A model generated the notes under the pieces. The model was given only the letters and a program-made list of their open reading frames with translations, was not told the DNA's origin and searched no databases. The position numbers and the translations under genes were made by a program. Positions 12,701 to 25,925 of a stretch of DNA of 64,000 bases are shown here, piece by piece. This stretch comes from Vicugna vicugna (Eukaryota), in NCBI GenBank assembly GCA_013265495.1, contig MU060486.1, positions 434,001 through 498,000 on the forward strand. Direction: 5' to 3'. Positions within the stretch are counted from its first letter, which is position 1. Each line of letters starts with the position of its first letter.

Positions 12701-14706
12701 GCTGCCCAAGGCTCCCTCTGTGAGCACGTGCTCACTCTCCCCTAAGAGTCTTGGCCTGAGTGTCTTGCCCACTTCCCAGCCCGGCCCCTGCCCCACCCTG
12801 CTGGCCCTTGCTGCCCTTCTGTTCTGCTCCACAGCACCCAGCATCTCCTAGGACCCCACACCGACCATCCCCAGGGGTTACTGTTTGGTCGAAGTCGCCT
12901 AGTCATGTGACGTGCTGGCCCCTGAGGGACCCCGGGCCACGCTCACTCGGGGAAAGTCGTGGAGAGTCAGGGTGTGTGTTTCCCTCTCTCTTCCTCGGCC
13001 CACAGTGTGAGGCGGGAACGAAGGACTTGTGAGGTGGGCCCGAGGGCAGGGAGCGCGCTCCGGCCACCCCTGGGAACGTTGCTCAGCAGACAGAGGAGGG
13101 GCCACCGGTGCAGAGAACAGGTCGGCAACTCACCAGACGTGCTCGGTGGAAGCCAGTCCTGGAGGCTGCGAACCCAGTGATTCCCTTTGTTGGACGTGTG
13201 GGAGGAGGCAGCACGTGGTCGCCAGGGGTGAGGGGCTGGTGAGGGCTTGAGTCGGAAGGGAGGAGGGAGTTCTGGGTGGCGGAGCTGCTCGGTGACCTGC
13301 TGGTGGTCCGATGGGTAAAAATTCAGAGAACTACTCACCAAAGGGAAAAAGAGCACGTTTCTGCTGCACAATCATTAGAGGGTAAGTAAGAGTATCTTTG
13401 AAAGGGGACGGGTGGCTTTATCCTGGGGCACGTGTCCTGGGATCGCCCACCATGGCCACCGCCCCGGCTGCTGGCGCTTGTGGCTGAGCGATGGGCGTGC
13501 CCCTCTGCGCACACCCAGACACGCCGTGGGGTCCGTGGGCCGGCCCGAGAGGACGGCGGGGCTTTGATACCAGCAGTGCCTCCTGGACAGACCATGTTGT
13601 CATAAGAAGGAAACACGCACACCGTGAAAGGTCTTTCTTTGCGAATCTCTCTCCTGGCCTCAGACCCAGCTGCGCGTTTCCCGCTGTTAACAGATCTCAG
13701 CTCCTTCCTCTCCTCTTCTCCCCGATGCTGCTGCGGCTGCGCTGCCTCAGCCTCCTGGCGGCCCTCGCTGCCCGACGGAGCGGTGGTCTCGGTCACCGCT
13801 GGGCCAGCCCGAGACACAGCCAGTAGGAGCAAGTGGGGTCCCATCCTAGAGGAAGGCGGGTCCTCCGTCTTTCTGCTCGGCAGGTCCCAACCGTCCCAGT
13901 CGCCGTGCTGGGCGAGGGCCCCTCCCAGGCTCACATCTGGCTCTTTTTCCTCCAAACCTGCTTCTTCCGCCAACCAAGTCAGGGCCACGGGAACCATCCC
14001 CAGGCCTCGCCTCTGCAGCCACTCCGCCTGGCTGTCCCCACCCTTGTGTCCCACCTGCGACCTCACTCAGATCTGCCCTTTCCTCTCTGTCCCCTGCCGT
14101 CACCTCACAGGTGGCACAGCCTGTCCCCGGGACCCCGGCCCTGGACTCCTGTGTCCCCATGTTCCGTCTCCGGGGTCTGCTTCCTCCGACCCCTCCCCGT
14201 CCCCTGACACCGCCGATGCCCCACTTGCCTTGCCACAGAGTTCCGAGGGAAGCCTCCCCGCGTCCACCTGCCTGTGGGACGGAAGTCAGCTCTTTCACAG
14301 AGCCCAGCGCACCCGCAGCGCTGGCCCCCCTCCTGCCTGGCTCCGGACCAGAGCCCTGAACGCAGCTTGCCCCTGAGGCCACCCTGGGAACGCACGGCGG
14401 CCGCCCGCCCTTGAGAAAGCCCGGCTTTGCCCCACCCCTGCTCCCTGCCAAGGGCCACGGAATTGACCCTGTCCCCCTCTGGGTCCTTGTTCCACGTTGT
14501 TCATCACAATGGGTCCCTGGTGCTGCTGCGGGGACCTGGGCTGAGTTTACAGAGGGCAGGACACAGGGCGGGACGGGCTTTTGTTTCTCCTAGAACCCCC
14601 GGCACCTGGCGGGGGCCTCCCTCGGCGGGGAGACTTTGATGCCTCCAGGTTTGTAGAATCCAGTTGAGTTCTGTTGCTCAGACACCATCATTTTCTGAGG
14701 TCTCAG

Positions 14707-14811
14707 CATGTGTGTGCACGTGTGTGCACGTGCCGTGCAAGCGTGTGTGTGTGCGCACACGTGTGCGTGTCTGCATGCGTGCGTGTGCATGCACGTGCAT
14801 GTGCGTGTGTG
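14707..14811. repeat. TG/CA-rich alternating purine-pyrimidine simple repeat
   Basis: catgtgtgtgcacgtgtgtgcacgtgccgtgcaagcgtgtgtgtgtgcgcacac... Confidence 0.9.
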
Positions 14812-15304
14812 GGCTGGAGCCGGAGCTGGGGAGTGAGAGGGCGAGCGTGTGAGCGTGCGAGGAGAGACAGCCCTTCCTCACTATCTGGCCCCAGCTCTCC
14901 CACGTCTGCCCTGTAAGCCCCCTGCTGTCCCCCAAGGTGTCGGGTGTCTGCTCACCTCCCTCCAGCTTTCCTGCTCCGACTCACAACAGCGCAGACAAAG
15001 GGAGGGCCGCGCCCAGACGACTGCCCCCTGGTGCTGCCTGCCAAGGCCCTGCGACCCTCAAACCCGCAGCCCGTAGGCGCCTGCCTGCTCCTCTTCAGGA
15101 GACAAGGTACATCCCTTCCTGACGTGTGTTTGCCTTCCCCCCAAAACACTCTGATGCTCACGTCTATGCCAGCTCTTGGGCGAGGGGGAGCCCCGGGAAC
15201 TCTGATTCAGACGCATTCGGAATTTCCTGACAGAAACTATAAGGAAGTTCTCCCCACCTGACACAGGTCTGTGAGCCGGACGCCCCAGCCTCTCTGCAGA
15301 GCCA

Positions 15305-15626
15305 GCCTCTGCACATGTGTTCAGCCTGGAATGTTCTCCCCCTCCCCCCACAGGACTCTCTGCTTTTCTTTGCTCAGGGCTCTGCTCACGATCCGTCTCC
15401 CCGCCAGCCTTCCCTGACCCCTTGCCCGACCGGCACCTTCACGGCTTCTCCGCGGCACCTGGTGGGGGTTTCTGCTTCACGCTGGGACCACCGAGCCTCT
15501 CACACACGTGTCGGATGATTTGTTTATTGCTTTCCCACCCTGGGACGTCAAATCTCCCGGAGACCAAAGATTTTGTCTGCCTCTGTTTACTCTGACAGCC
15601 CAGAGCCCAGATCAGCTAGTGGCGCC
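15305..15626 (+). mobile_element. L2 LINE 3' fragment, interrupted by MLT2 LTR
   Basis: gcacatgtgttcagcctggaatgttctcc...ccttccctgaccc...gattttgtctgcctctgtttact: L2 3'-end words. The tail resumes at 16030. Confidence 0.7.
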
Positions 15627-16029
15627 CATGACGGTCAGTTTTGTGTGTCCACCTGCCCAGGGCATGAGGCCAAACACCAACCTGGATGTTGCTGTGAAGC
15701 TGTTCTTAGATGAGATCAACATTTAAATCAGTGGATTTTGAGTAAAGCAGATTATTCTTTATCATGTAGGTGGCCTCATCCAGTTGGCTGAAGGAAGAGG
15801 AAAAGACTGAGGTCTTCGAGGAAGAGGGGGCCTGCCCACAGACGGCCCCGGACTCGAGCCGCACCGCCAGCCCCTGCCTGGGTCTCTGGCCCGCTGCCTG
15901 CCCGGCAGACTTTGGATTTGCGAGCTCCAGCCTCCTTGCAAAACCCCCTCTCCATATCTCCACGTCTCTATTTCCATGTCCATCCGTCCATCCCTCCCAT
16001 TCACCTGTCTGTATTTCTGTACACTTCAC
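15627..16029 (+). mobile_element. MLT2-type (ERVL) solo LTR
   Basis: catgacggtcagttttgtgtgtc...gatgagatcaacatttaaatcagtggattttgagtaaagcagatta...ggcctcatccagttg...aaagactgaggtc...gactttggatttgc. Confidence 0.85.
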
Positions 16030-16072
16030 ACACGCCCTGTTGAATGAATGAATGAATCAATGAATGAGTGAA
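16030..16072 (+). mobile_element. L2 3' terminal (TGAA)n tail
   Basis: tgttgaatgaatgaatgaatcaatgaatgagtgaa, the canonical L2 terminus. Confidence 0.7.
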
Positions 16073-16444
16073 CGAGGTGTGAGCCCCGAAGGGAGAGGCT
16101 TTATTGCATTTCTAAGGGAATATTGGAGACCCTGGGTCCCCCGAGGAAGTAGAACAAAGCAGCTGGAAGGAACTCTGCTGTGTGGACTTGGAAGGATGGG
16201 GTGACCTGACAGACTTGGGGGCAGAGGCTCCCCCCACGCAGGACTCTCTCAGATTCTTGTGTGAGGTCCACGTGGAGGTGGAGAGGGCCTTGGGTAACAG
16301 CGATGACCTAGAACCTATGTATTTTGACTCAAAGAAAATGAGGCATTTTGACATTTCTTGAACATCTATGTTGATGGGATGAGGTTTCCTGTTTTTCCAG
16401 GTTTTGAGTATCAGCTCACAGCGTGTCTGCGAGAAGCTGCGTCC

Positions 16445-16505
16445 ATCCCTTCATTGGTCACGTGTTTCCTGAACACCTGCTGTGTCCCTGGGACCGTCAC
16501 TGCTG
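16445..16505 (-). mobile_element. L2 3' end fragment
   Basis: ttcattggtcacgtgtttcctgaacacctgctgtgtccctgggac resembles ttcattcaacaaatatttattgagcacctactatgtgccaggcac. Confidence 0.5.
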
Positions 16506-16509
16506 GGGG

Positions 16510-16949
16510 TGTGTTGGTTGTCTCTGCTGCAGAACACGCCTCACCGAAACACAGTGGTTTAAAGTAACCACCCCGTTTATTATGCTGTTGGCCTCTGAGG
16601 ATCAGGAGCTCCTGGGCGGCCGGCTGGGTGGTCCTGGCCTGCGGTCAGCCTGGGCTGCCACCACATGAAGGCTGGACTGGGGCCGGAGGCTCTGCCTCCC
16701 AGGGGCTCAGTCACACGGTTGCCAAGGACCCTCCACAGGGCTGCCCAGGTGTCCTCGCAGCACGGCAGGGCCTCGCCTGAAGGAGAGCCCATGGCAGGGG
16801 CCACACGCCCCAATGGCCCAGCACTGGACTCCCACGGCACCCCTTCCAGTGTTCTGTTGCTGGCGTGGGTCAGCCCTAAGGAGGTGACTATATAAGAGCC
16901 TGCAACCGGGGCCAGGTGCACCGAGGGCCACGGTGACGACTGCCCACCC
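16510..16949 (-). mobile_element. MLT1-type (MaLR) LTR, MLT1F-like
   Basis: tgtgttggttgtctctgctgc...cagtggtttaaa...tttattatgc...ggatcaggagc...ggctgggtggtcctggc...catgaaggctggactggggccggagg. Confidence 0.75.
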
Positions 16950-19900
16950 TTACGCGAGCTCACAGGGCTGACTAAGCCGAGCCGGGCCCTGCAGTGCTCG
17001 CGTCCTGACTAACCTGGTGTGGGCCGGGCCCAGCGTGTGCCCGCGGCATCTCCAGATGACCCACCCACCCGCCGAGCCCTCCTTCCTGTTCCTGGGTCAT
17101 CCTGCCACCGGTCCCGCCGTCTCCGCGGGACGCCAGCTTCCATGACAGTTCAGCACAGGACACGGTGCTGACGCCTGGGCATGTCCTGTGCCCTGGTCCC
17201 TCAGTAGGTGAGCACGGGGTGGAGGGACTCCTGAGAACGCGTGCAGGCCCCAGGCGAGGGGGCCGACCTGGAACAGGGCAGATGCAGGGAGTGACGTCCT
17301 CTCCAACAGCGCCACCAGGCCCGCCCACCCCTGGGCACGCGCCCCTGGGTCCTGGGGCCCCGTGGCTGCACTGTGTTCGTTTGCACCTCCTTCCTCTCGG
17401 TCAGCGAGTGAGTGCCCCCCGGGGGGCACTTGCCCTCTCTAAGTCCAGGCACCAGGGAGACCCAGCTCAGACCCTTGAAGGACTGGTCTGACTCCTCACA
17501 AGGGGTCGCGGACCCAGACCCCTCACCGCTGCGTCCCAGGCCTGACGAGCACCAGGTGGGGACTTGGCCTGAGCTGGGCCGGCCACGCAGAGGCTGAGCA
17601 GACACTGGTTAAAGGAGCCCGGAGAGCCTGACGGCGGGGCTGCGTCTGATCCCAGAGAGGCCCAGCCGAGCACCCCTGCCCCCTGGACCCCAGCAAACCG
17701 TCAGAACACTCATCTCTTCTGGGCCTTACTTCGTCTCCTTGACCTTTTTCCACCTGAGGGGGCGAAAGGGGCCAGTGGGTGGCAGGGACTGGTGGGTCCG
17801 AACTCTGGCGTTGGACGTTGTTTGCTTGGAACACAGACCCGAAAACTGCCCTCTTGTTACCAAACGAAGTCCATGTGCCCGCTGCACAGTGAGGCCAAAC
17901 AAACCGAGACGTCGGAGCTCGGGGCAGAGAAAGGTTTGCCGCAGGAGGATGAGCAAGGAGGGTGCGCGGCTGTGCCCAGAAAGCCGGCAACTCCCTGACG
18001 GCGTTTGGCTGAGCCTTTGGAAAGGGGGGGGCGGCCTGCGCTCAGCTGCGCACGGTTCTCAGATGGCTTGGTGCTGCGGTAACAGGGGCCAACGGTGTCA
18101 GTCCTTGGGCACCAGTAGGTCGGGGGCCACGTGCTCACCGCCATCGGCAAGTGCTTCATTTCTTCCATTTGGCGGTGGTTTCAGCGTCTGAAAAACTCAG
18201 GGAATCTGCACGAGGTTCTGTGATCTGGATCCTCCAGGGAGGAGCTGCAGCAGAGGGTAGGGGCCCTGTCCCGGGAGGCCCCCCAGGCTCCTGCTCGGTG
18301 CGCACTGGCTTCACCTGCAGGGAGGGGTGCTGAGCCCACGCTGGCCCGAGGCGGGCAGGGTGCGGGCTCAGGGAGAGCAGGTGTGGAGCCCAGGACCCAG
18401 GTGGCACCTCGTCGCAGAGGAGAGAAGCCGGGCGGCGTGCACCGTTACCTTATGATTAACGTGTAATAACACAGTAGTCACCAGGCGCAGCTGTGTCCCT
18501 GCAACGCTAGGCTGGAAACCCCCCCCCCCCGGAAACGGCACCAGAGCCTCCGCGGCACGGGCAGTCAGCTTCTCACTGCTCGCTCAGGTGAGGGCGGGGA
18601 CCCTGAAGACACAGGAGCCGCCCGTCAGGAAGGCTGACTGGCCCTGGGACCCTGGCTGGCAGCCCACGGAGGCGCCGGGGTTTCTCCGCTCCATTCACGT
18701 GTACGCAGGGAAGGCGATGGGTCTCCCTGCGCCGAGGACAAGGGCGGTTTGGGGCCAAGGGGCTGCAGGTGTGATCTCTCCCTGCCCAGCCCCATGGGAG
18801 TCCAGGGCCTAGGACCTTCTTTCTCTCCCACTGGTGACCCGTCCTGGCCCGGGGGCTCCTGGCAGCGGCCTTGGGAAGAAACGCTCTGATCTCACGGGGT
18901 CCTTGCTTGGCTTCCCTGTGCTCGCTGGTGAGGTGGGTGTAGACCGAAGACACCAGACTCTAGTCTGGGCTGCAGAGGCCGCTGTGGGTGTAGCCCCCTC
19001 CCTGGGCTCTGTCCTCCACGCGTGTCTCCGCAGGCACGCCCCAGGTTCGGGACGGGGGTGAGGACCACAGGATGAGGAGTGTAGGCTCCCTGGACAAGCA
19101 CCGCCTTCTGTCATTGTGACTTGTGCGGAGGGCGGGACATTTCGCTTTCCAGGAGGCAGGGGGCCAGCGGCTTGACCTCTGCGTGGCCTCGGGGGCCACC
19201 AGGTCGTCTGCATTTCCAGTTTTCATCAATGCGTGCGACAATGGCTCAAGCGAGAAGTTTTCCGAGCGGAGCCAGCACGGGTCCTCCACCAGCCGCAGCA
19301 CCTGGGGGTTGAAGAGGGAAGTGGGCGACGCTTCGCCAGAGGACGCGAGGGACACAAAGGGCAGAGGGCACAGTCCAGCCTGGGAGCCGGGCGGACCGCA
19401 CGTGTGCACCTGCCCTGCCCCGGAGCTGCCCCCACTTCCAGCAGTTTCTCCCTCACCGTACGGGGAACGCGCTCGGTGCTGCAGGCTGGGACCCCTTCTC
19501 CACGGCCGGCCCGGCGCTTGCCCTGTAAACCAGAGCTCGTCTGTTTTCTGCCTCGCGATGCAGCCGAGGGAGCTGGGGCCACGGTCTGCTTGTCTCCTTA
19601 GGAATGGGCGTGGGACGCCCGCCGGGGACCCGGGGCTCCACCACGTGGCATCCAGGCTCCAGACCGAGTCCTGGGGACCTGCTGCTGCCACGTGCTCTTC
19701 TCGCCAGAGGAGTTGGTCCTTTGGGCCAGTTCCACTCTGAGAAGACTTACCACCTGCTTGCGCAGCTCTTCCTGCTGCGGTGACTCTGGTCTCCTAGAAG
19801 TCAGCTGTAGGGGGCGCGGGATTCCTAGCTTTGGAGGTGACAACATCAAGCAAACCAAGACTGGAGATTCCTCAAGGCAGGCAGCACCCAGTCCCTGGGA

Positions 19901-22900
19901 CACAGAAGCCCGGACATCAGGTCGCCCTGGCGCCGGCGCTCCTTCCGGAGCGCGAGGATCCAGGCTGCCCTGCAGGGTCCCGGCTGTGTCCTCTCTCTGG
20001 CAAGGGCCAGCTCGGCTTGTTCCTTCTGGACTCAGCAGTGCTGGGGCCTGACCCAGGCGCTACCATCCCTGCTGGCTGTGTCTTTACAGGGCCGCCACCA
20101 CGTTGCCGACTCTGTGCCTTCCTGTCCATCCCCGGCTTACGTAGGGGACAGACCCCCCGACAGGCTGGTCCAAAAGAGGGGGTGCCAGGCACTCCCTCGC
20201 CTCCTGGGAAGACGCTAAGATGGGGTGCCTGGGAAAACGTGCCCTCTTCCCCCCGCCGTGCCCTTCGGTGGCCCACGGCCCCCCCTCACTGTTCAGAATT
20301 CACCACAACCCAAACGACAGGCCTCTTGCGGCAGGTGATGAAAGTCACACCCTGCAGCCCGACAGCTGCGAGCTCAACCGCGTCTTTGTTACGACCACAG
20401 AGTCTTGCCCGCGTGGCTCAGGAGGAGGGCCACCGCGCTAGGAAGCTGCTGCCTTTCCCGTGAGCGCATCCTCCAGGAACCCGCAGTGCACTGTCGCCTG
20501 GTGCCTCTCACAGCCCCTATCTCGGGCTGCTGCGCCCACCCTGGCTGCTCTGCTGGAGCAGGGCTGCGGCCTCCCCTGCCTGGGGTGACCGGCTGCAACG
20601 CTGACCACACAGATGGCAAAAGGCCAGCCCTTTCCTCTAGGCGGGATTCATGCTTGGGGACGATGGGGAGGGGGCAAGCTCTCCTGGCTCCCTCCCCACC
20701 AACCCTACCTCCTGCACGTCTCTCAGGCTCCTCCTGGGGGCCCGCCCTCAGTAAATCCCCTGCACGAGAACCCCACCTCAGGCCCTGCGTCCAGGAAGCC
20801 CAGCCTGAGGTGGTTCCCCCGTGTGTGTGTGTGTGTGGAAGGGCTGGAACGGGACTCAGATGAATTCAGTCTGCTGGACACTCTCTGTGGAACACGTGGA
20901 GGGGCTGCGGGAGAGACTGGCACAGAGCAGAGGCCTGGACGGGACAGATCGGGCGACCTTGGGAAGGGCACACACACCGAGAGTCTGGAAGGACGAGTGA
21001 TGCAGAGGAGTGCGGGCAAAGCAAAGGGGCGCGGGGGACTCGCCCACGCTTGTTGGGTGAGTGCTGGAGCCGGGGCCTGAGTCTGTCTGCCCACCTCCCA
21101 GGGCCCCCCTCCACATGCCCCGATCCCACGGTGGGGCAGAGCCCACGCGAGGCTGCATGGACACCGTGCCAGGGAAACGGTTTGCGCGCATTAAATACCT
21201 GTTGCCATGAGCCGAGTCCAAAACTGCCCTTAACCCAGCATCTCCTTGTTTGCCATGGTGCAGAGAAGGGCACTGTCTCCCCTTAGAGGCTCCAAGCACA
21301 GAGGGGGCAGTGCACAGACACGGGGGCTCTCACTCTTGTTGGCAGGGCAGCAGATGCAGGTTCAGTGTTGAGGCCACTAGAACACCCCAGGACCATGCGG
21401 AATGTGGGCGCTGCAGCTCGGAGGCTGCTGGGGGGCTGAGCCCACTGAGGTCAGAGCTGCTGCTGGCCCCGGAGAAGCCTCTGGACACCCGGAGACGGAC
21501 CGTAGACGCCGGGGATCAGACGGTGAGATGGAGGGGCTGCGGTTCTTCCAGACGTAGAAGATGAAGAGTGAACACTGGGAACTCCTGCGAGACTGTGTGA
21601 TCCCGAGGCCCAGCGGCGGCCAAGGCCGCAGCGCCACCACTGGCACGCCGCTCATCTTCCAGACCCTGCGCAGCTGTGCGTGGTGGACGGGCTCTCGCCC
21701 ATGCCCGGAACCACCGCATCAGGTGGTGCGGAGTGTTTCCAGCCGCTCCTATGGGGGTCGAGGAGGCGGGACGGCGAGGGGGGTCTCCTACAGGCTTCCT
21801 GCTCCCTCAGACGGACCCTCTACTGTCTTGTCTGCAGGTGACCATGAATGGCAGTGACAGCCAGTGGGGCGGGGGCCGCGGCCTCAGGGAGGGGCTGGGA
21901 GGCTCTGTGTAGGTGAGGGTGGCAGTGACCACGCAGAGGAGGTTTGGGCCACGTGGAGGTCATGAGCTCGGAGACTCGCACCTCACGTGCTAAGGGCCGG
22001 CTCTAGGCGGGGCCACGGTGTGGGGCCACGGTGCTCAGGCAAGCCCGGCCCTGAAACTCAAACCCCTCATCCGCCGCAACCCTGCCGTCTCATTCTGTTT
22101 GGGGGGAAGCTGAGCCCTCTGTCCCCTAGGAAATTAGTCAACAAAATGAGAGACAGAACCCAGGTCAGGCTTCCTCCAGAGGCTGAAAGCATCTTGGACT
22201 TTGTCAACATCGGCTCTTGCACAAGAGGGGGTCAAAATCACCTGCCCGTTCTTGCGAGGTCAGACTGCCCCGGGTCCTGGTCATCAGCCTCTGCGTGGCG
22301 TCTGCTCTCGGGAACTATGACCAGAAATGTGAACAGTGGTCCTTCCCGGAAGCAGCTGCAGTAGAAGGGCCAGCTGTTTATAATTGAAACGGCATTCTTC
22401 CTGCTTTGTGCGAATTGGTGGACATCCTGGCGAGGACGGTTTTGACTCTGTTTTGAGAGAATCTGAGAGCTGTTCACCCCGGGGGCTGGATGAGGGCTTG
22501 TCATTTCCCGAGTGTCCAGTGAACGGGCTTACCCGACAGTCAGTTTTTGAGAAAGTCGTTAAGGAAAGGCAGGCATTGAGAGGACGGGGTGGGGTGCCTC
22601 ATAACACCTGGGAGCTTTTCTACTTCTCTGTTCTGTGCTCTGTGACTTGACCCAGAGGTGGACCTGGCCTAGGGGCCCAGGGGTAGGGGGTGCATGGGTG
22701 AGCGTGACCACGGTGGTGGGGCCATGCGGTCTGAGGCTTTGTGCATCTGCCTGGGCCGCCCCGAGTGGGGTCCCGCTCCGCCCCCCTCTGCTCCGCACCG
22801 GCCTTTCTCTTTCCATCCCGCATCTGAGCCTGGCCGGAGTGGGCTGGTGGCGTCGCTCTGCTTTGGCTTCTGGGAGGCTTGGCTCCTTGCTTCCTGGTGT

Positions 22901-23375
22901 CTGGGCCGCAGGTGCAGGTGTGTGCCAGGCTCCACTTAGGATGTGTTCAGCTAAGTCATGTCGGGCTTGGTCTGGTGAAGAAGGAGCAGGCTTTCTCCAA
23001 CCCCGGCGGGATTAGCAGGCAGGCACATCCCGGAGCAGAGGGGGCCCCGTCCCACAACGCCCAAGAGCGGCTTCTGCCCGAGGTGTGCCGTACTGTGGAG
23101 CTCAGCGCACTGGGACTCCGGCCCCTGAGTGTGCAGCCGGAGGGGCCGGTAAGGAGCCAGAGTCCCGCTCACCCTCGGCCAGAGCGTGCTTTCCATGGTT
23201 CCAAAGTGCCCCTTCTTCCAGCCAATGGCGAGTGCATGTGCCCCCTGGGAGTGTGTGTGTGTACACGGGTGCAGAGTACCCAGCAATGGGCCTCGGACTA
23301 TGTGTGTCCACATGCAGACAGCTACGTGTGGCCCCTGCCTTTTGTGCACATTCTCATCCATGTGCCTTCCCGGGC

Positions 23376-23505
23376 ACGCGTGTGTGCATGTGTGAGCACA
23401 TATGTACAGTGTGTGCATGCGAGTGGTGTGTATGTGTGAGCACGTGTGTGCAGTGCGTGCATGTGAGAGCATGTCTGTGTGAGCGTGCGTGTGAGCACGT
23501 GCAAA
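23376..23505. repeat. TG-rich simple repeat
   Basis: gtgtgtgcatgtgtgagcac... with GTGAGCAC recurring three times. Confidence 0.85.
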
Positions 23506-25137
23506 GTCTGGGTGGGCGGGCCTGCTGGGCTTTGCCTCAGGCCGCTGGCTTCCTAGAGTCTGGATTGTTCTCCCAGTTCCGGGTCGATGGCGCTGATCCA
23601 GGAGGAGTGAAGGATCGATTGTAGTTTGGTTGGAGGGCTGGCGCCAGAGTGTGTCAGAGTCATTAGCAGCAGGAGCTAATGGGGGGCTGGGGGCCTGGGG
23701 GCAGACTGGGGCGAGCCGGAAAGGAGACCCACTCCAGGGGACCCGAGCGATTCTCCCTGGAACCCTGGAAGCCTGCGAGCCTTCCTTCCGCGCTGGGCTC
23801 AGGACGGGCTCTGGGGTGAGGACGCCGCTGGCAGCTTCCACGCAGTCCCCTCCGCACGCAGGCATCACTTGCATAACAGCAAAAACACATGTAACTCATT
23901 CGAAGCTTTCCAGCAGGTGGGCAGAGGGGCGGAGGTGCTGGGGGGCGTCTCCGGCCGCGAGTAAAGAGCGGGTGGGGTCACTTGAAGCCCAGGCTGGCCG
24001 GCTCACTCACTGTGCGGCCCCCTCACAGTGCCTCCAGCCGCCCCACTTGGGGGGCGTGCCCTAAAAGCCTTGTTCTTTGGAATTTAGAGGAGAACCTGCT
24101 GCATCCTTCTCATGCAGGAGGGGGTCCAGCTGAGTTGAGGGGGACATGACAGGAGACGGAAAAGGAGCCTTTGCCACATGGCCAATGGTGCCAGGCTCTC
24201 AGCCATTCCTATCAGACGCCTGGCTTCACGCTGCCAGCTTCAGGGGCACAAGGAAAGAACCCTGGCCCAGTGATTATCAGCCAGGGATGGGGGCCTCTGG
24301 GGAAGAGTCTGGGAAGAAGAGGAGGGTCGGGAGAAAACAGGTGGCGGTGGCGTGAGGGCTGTGAAGGACCTCCGCCCCTGCCAGCGACTAGTGTGTCTCA
24401 GGTGGAGCCACCTGAGGACGGGGACCTCCAAACAGACGGGGCTCTTCCTCAAGTCTGTGGAGCGATTCTTCTCTGAGAGGCCGAGAATCTCCTCCAGGAT
24501 GAGTGAGGCTGAGGATCAAGGCATGTCTGGGGGCCTCCTTTTCCTGAAGTGCTTGGCAGACAGAGGTCCTGGTCTCTGTGTCCTACCCTCTGAGACAGGA
24601 AGCAGTGAACGGGGGCCCGGGACTCGGTGGGGTAAGTGAGCGGCCCACCTGGCTTCCGAGAGGAAGTTTGGCAAGGCTGGGGCTTGCACCACCGGCTCAC
24701 AGCCTGCATTTCCAAGCAAGTCAGTGCTCCCTGCAGACCAGTTGGCTCCTGGCTGGAGGTTCACGGGCTGGAACCCAGAGCTTTGCCCCCCCGGGGGCTT
24801 CCTCTGAGGCATGGCAGGTGCAGTGCGGGGGCCTCCCGGGCTTTGGCTCCTGTGGTCCCCACAACAGCCCCCAGTGGCAGGTGACTTATCCGCTGTTGAT
24901 AAGACCCAAAGGCAAGGAGTTGGGACTGGAATGTGTCTGACTGCATGCTGCTCTGGCTGCAGCTCAGGGAGGTCCAGGAGCACCCCTCACACCACTGACC
25001 ACAGCAAAATGCCTCAGATCTGTCGCTGGCTTGTCAGACAGTAGAGAGGAGGAGGGGGAGGAGGAGAGCCGACAAAGGAGGCAGAAGTCCCAGGCCCCTG
25101 GTCCGAGACCCGCCTGGGGCCTCTGTTGGCAGGTGGA

Positions 25138-25158
25138 GGCGCTGTCCGCAGTGCTGAC
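25138..25158 (-). promoter_or_regulatory. REST/NRSF RE1 element
   Basis: Minus strand GTCAGCACTGCGGACAGCGCC vs consensus TTCAGCACCACGGACAGCGCC: 18/21, canonical 2-nt spacer, perfect right half. Confidence 0.7.
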
Positions 25159-25294
25159 GCTGCAGCGGCCAGTCCTCAGACAAGGGACGCCCACGTTGCT
25201 CAGAAATTGGGATACTGTGCTGGCTGGGAGCACCTAGTCTCCTGGGCCAGGGCGGTGGGGGTGGGTACTGAGAATTCCCAGAGAAGCACAGAAT

Positions 25295-25420
25295 GTGCAC
25301 GTGTGTGCACACGTGATGTGCGGCTGGGCCACGTGTGCCTGGGCGCCGGCGTGTGTCTTGGCTGCATCCATATGTATCCCCGGGGTTCTGTGTGGGGCCG
25401 TGTGTGTGTGTGAAAGCGTG
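25295..25420. repeat. TG-rich low-complexity tract
   Basis: gtgcacgtgtgtgcacacgtgatgtg...gtgtgtgtgtgtg. Confidence 0.6.
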
Positions 25421-25925
25421 TGGGTGGGCAGGTCTGTACGCGGTGGCGCAGCACCTGTCTGCGCGGGCGGTGAGAGCGCGCGTGTCCCTGGGGTGTGCGG
25501 TGTGGGTGGGGTGAACTGCAGTGGCCGGGTGAGGAGTCTCATGGGCTGGGCTTCCTCTCTGCCCTGCCCTTAGCAGGTGCACAAGCACACCTGTCCCCAG
25601 GCACACAGGTAGCCCAGAGCATTGCGGGGCGCACTCAGATGTGTGTGCAAGCCTGCACACGCGCTGGAACAGGAGCACACACGTCCACACCTCTGAAGGC
25701 CCCGCTGGCTGGAGGGCCTGCCTCCGCCCTCTGTCTTCCCATCCTGACCTCAGCATCCGTCTTCTCTGAGCCCCCAGTCTTTGTCTCTCGGGAGTGGCTG
25801 CTCTTGGCCTGGGACTTGTGGAGACCCAGTCACTGGCTCCGCAGGACACAGAGGGGAGGGCCACACTTTTCCTCCAGAACCAAGACCTTTCTCATTAGTA
25901 CCAGACCTGTTACAGGAGGCTCCTG

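Noticed and set aside
22951-23874. 307-aa minus-strand ORF
   Set aside because: GC-rich and includes a TG simple repeat; no domain or supported splice structure.
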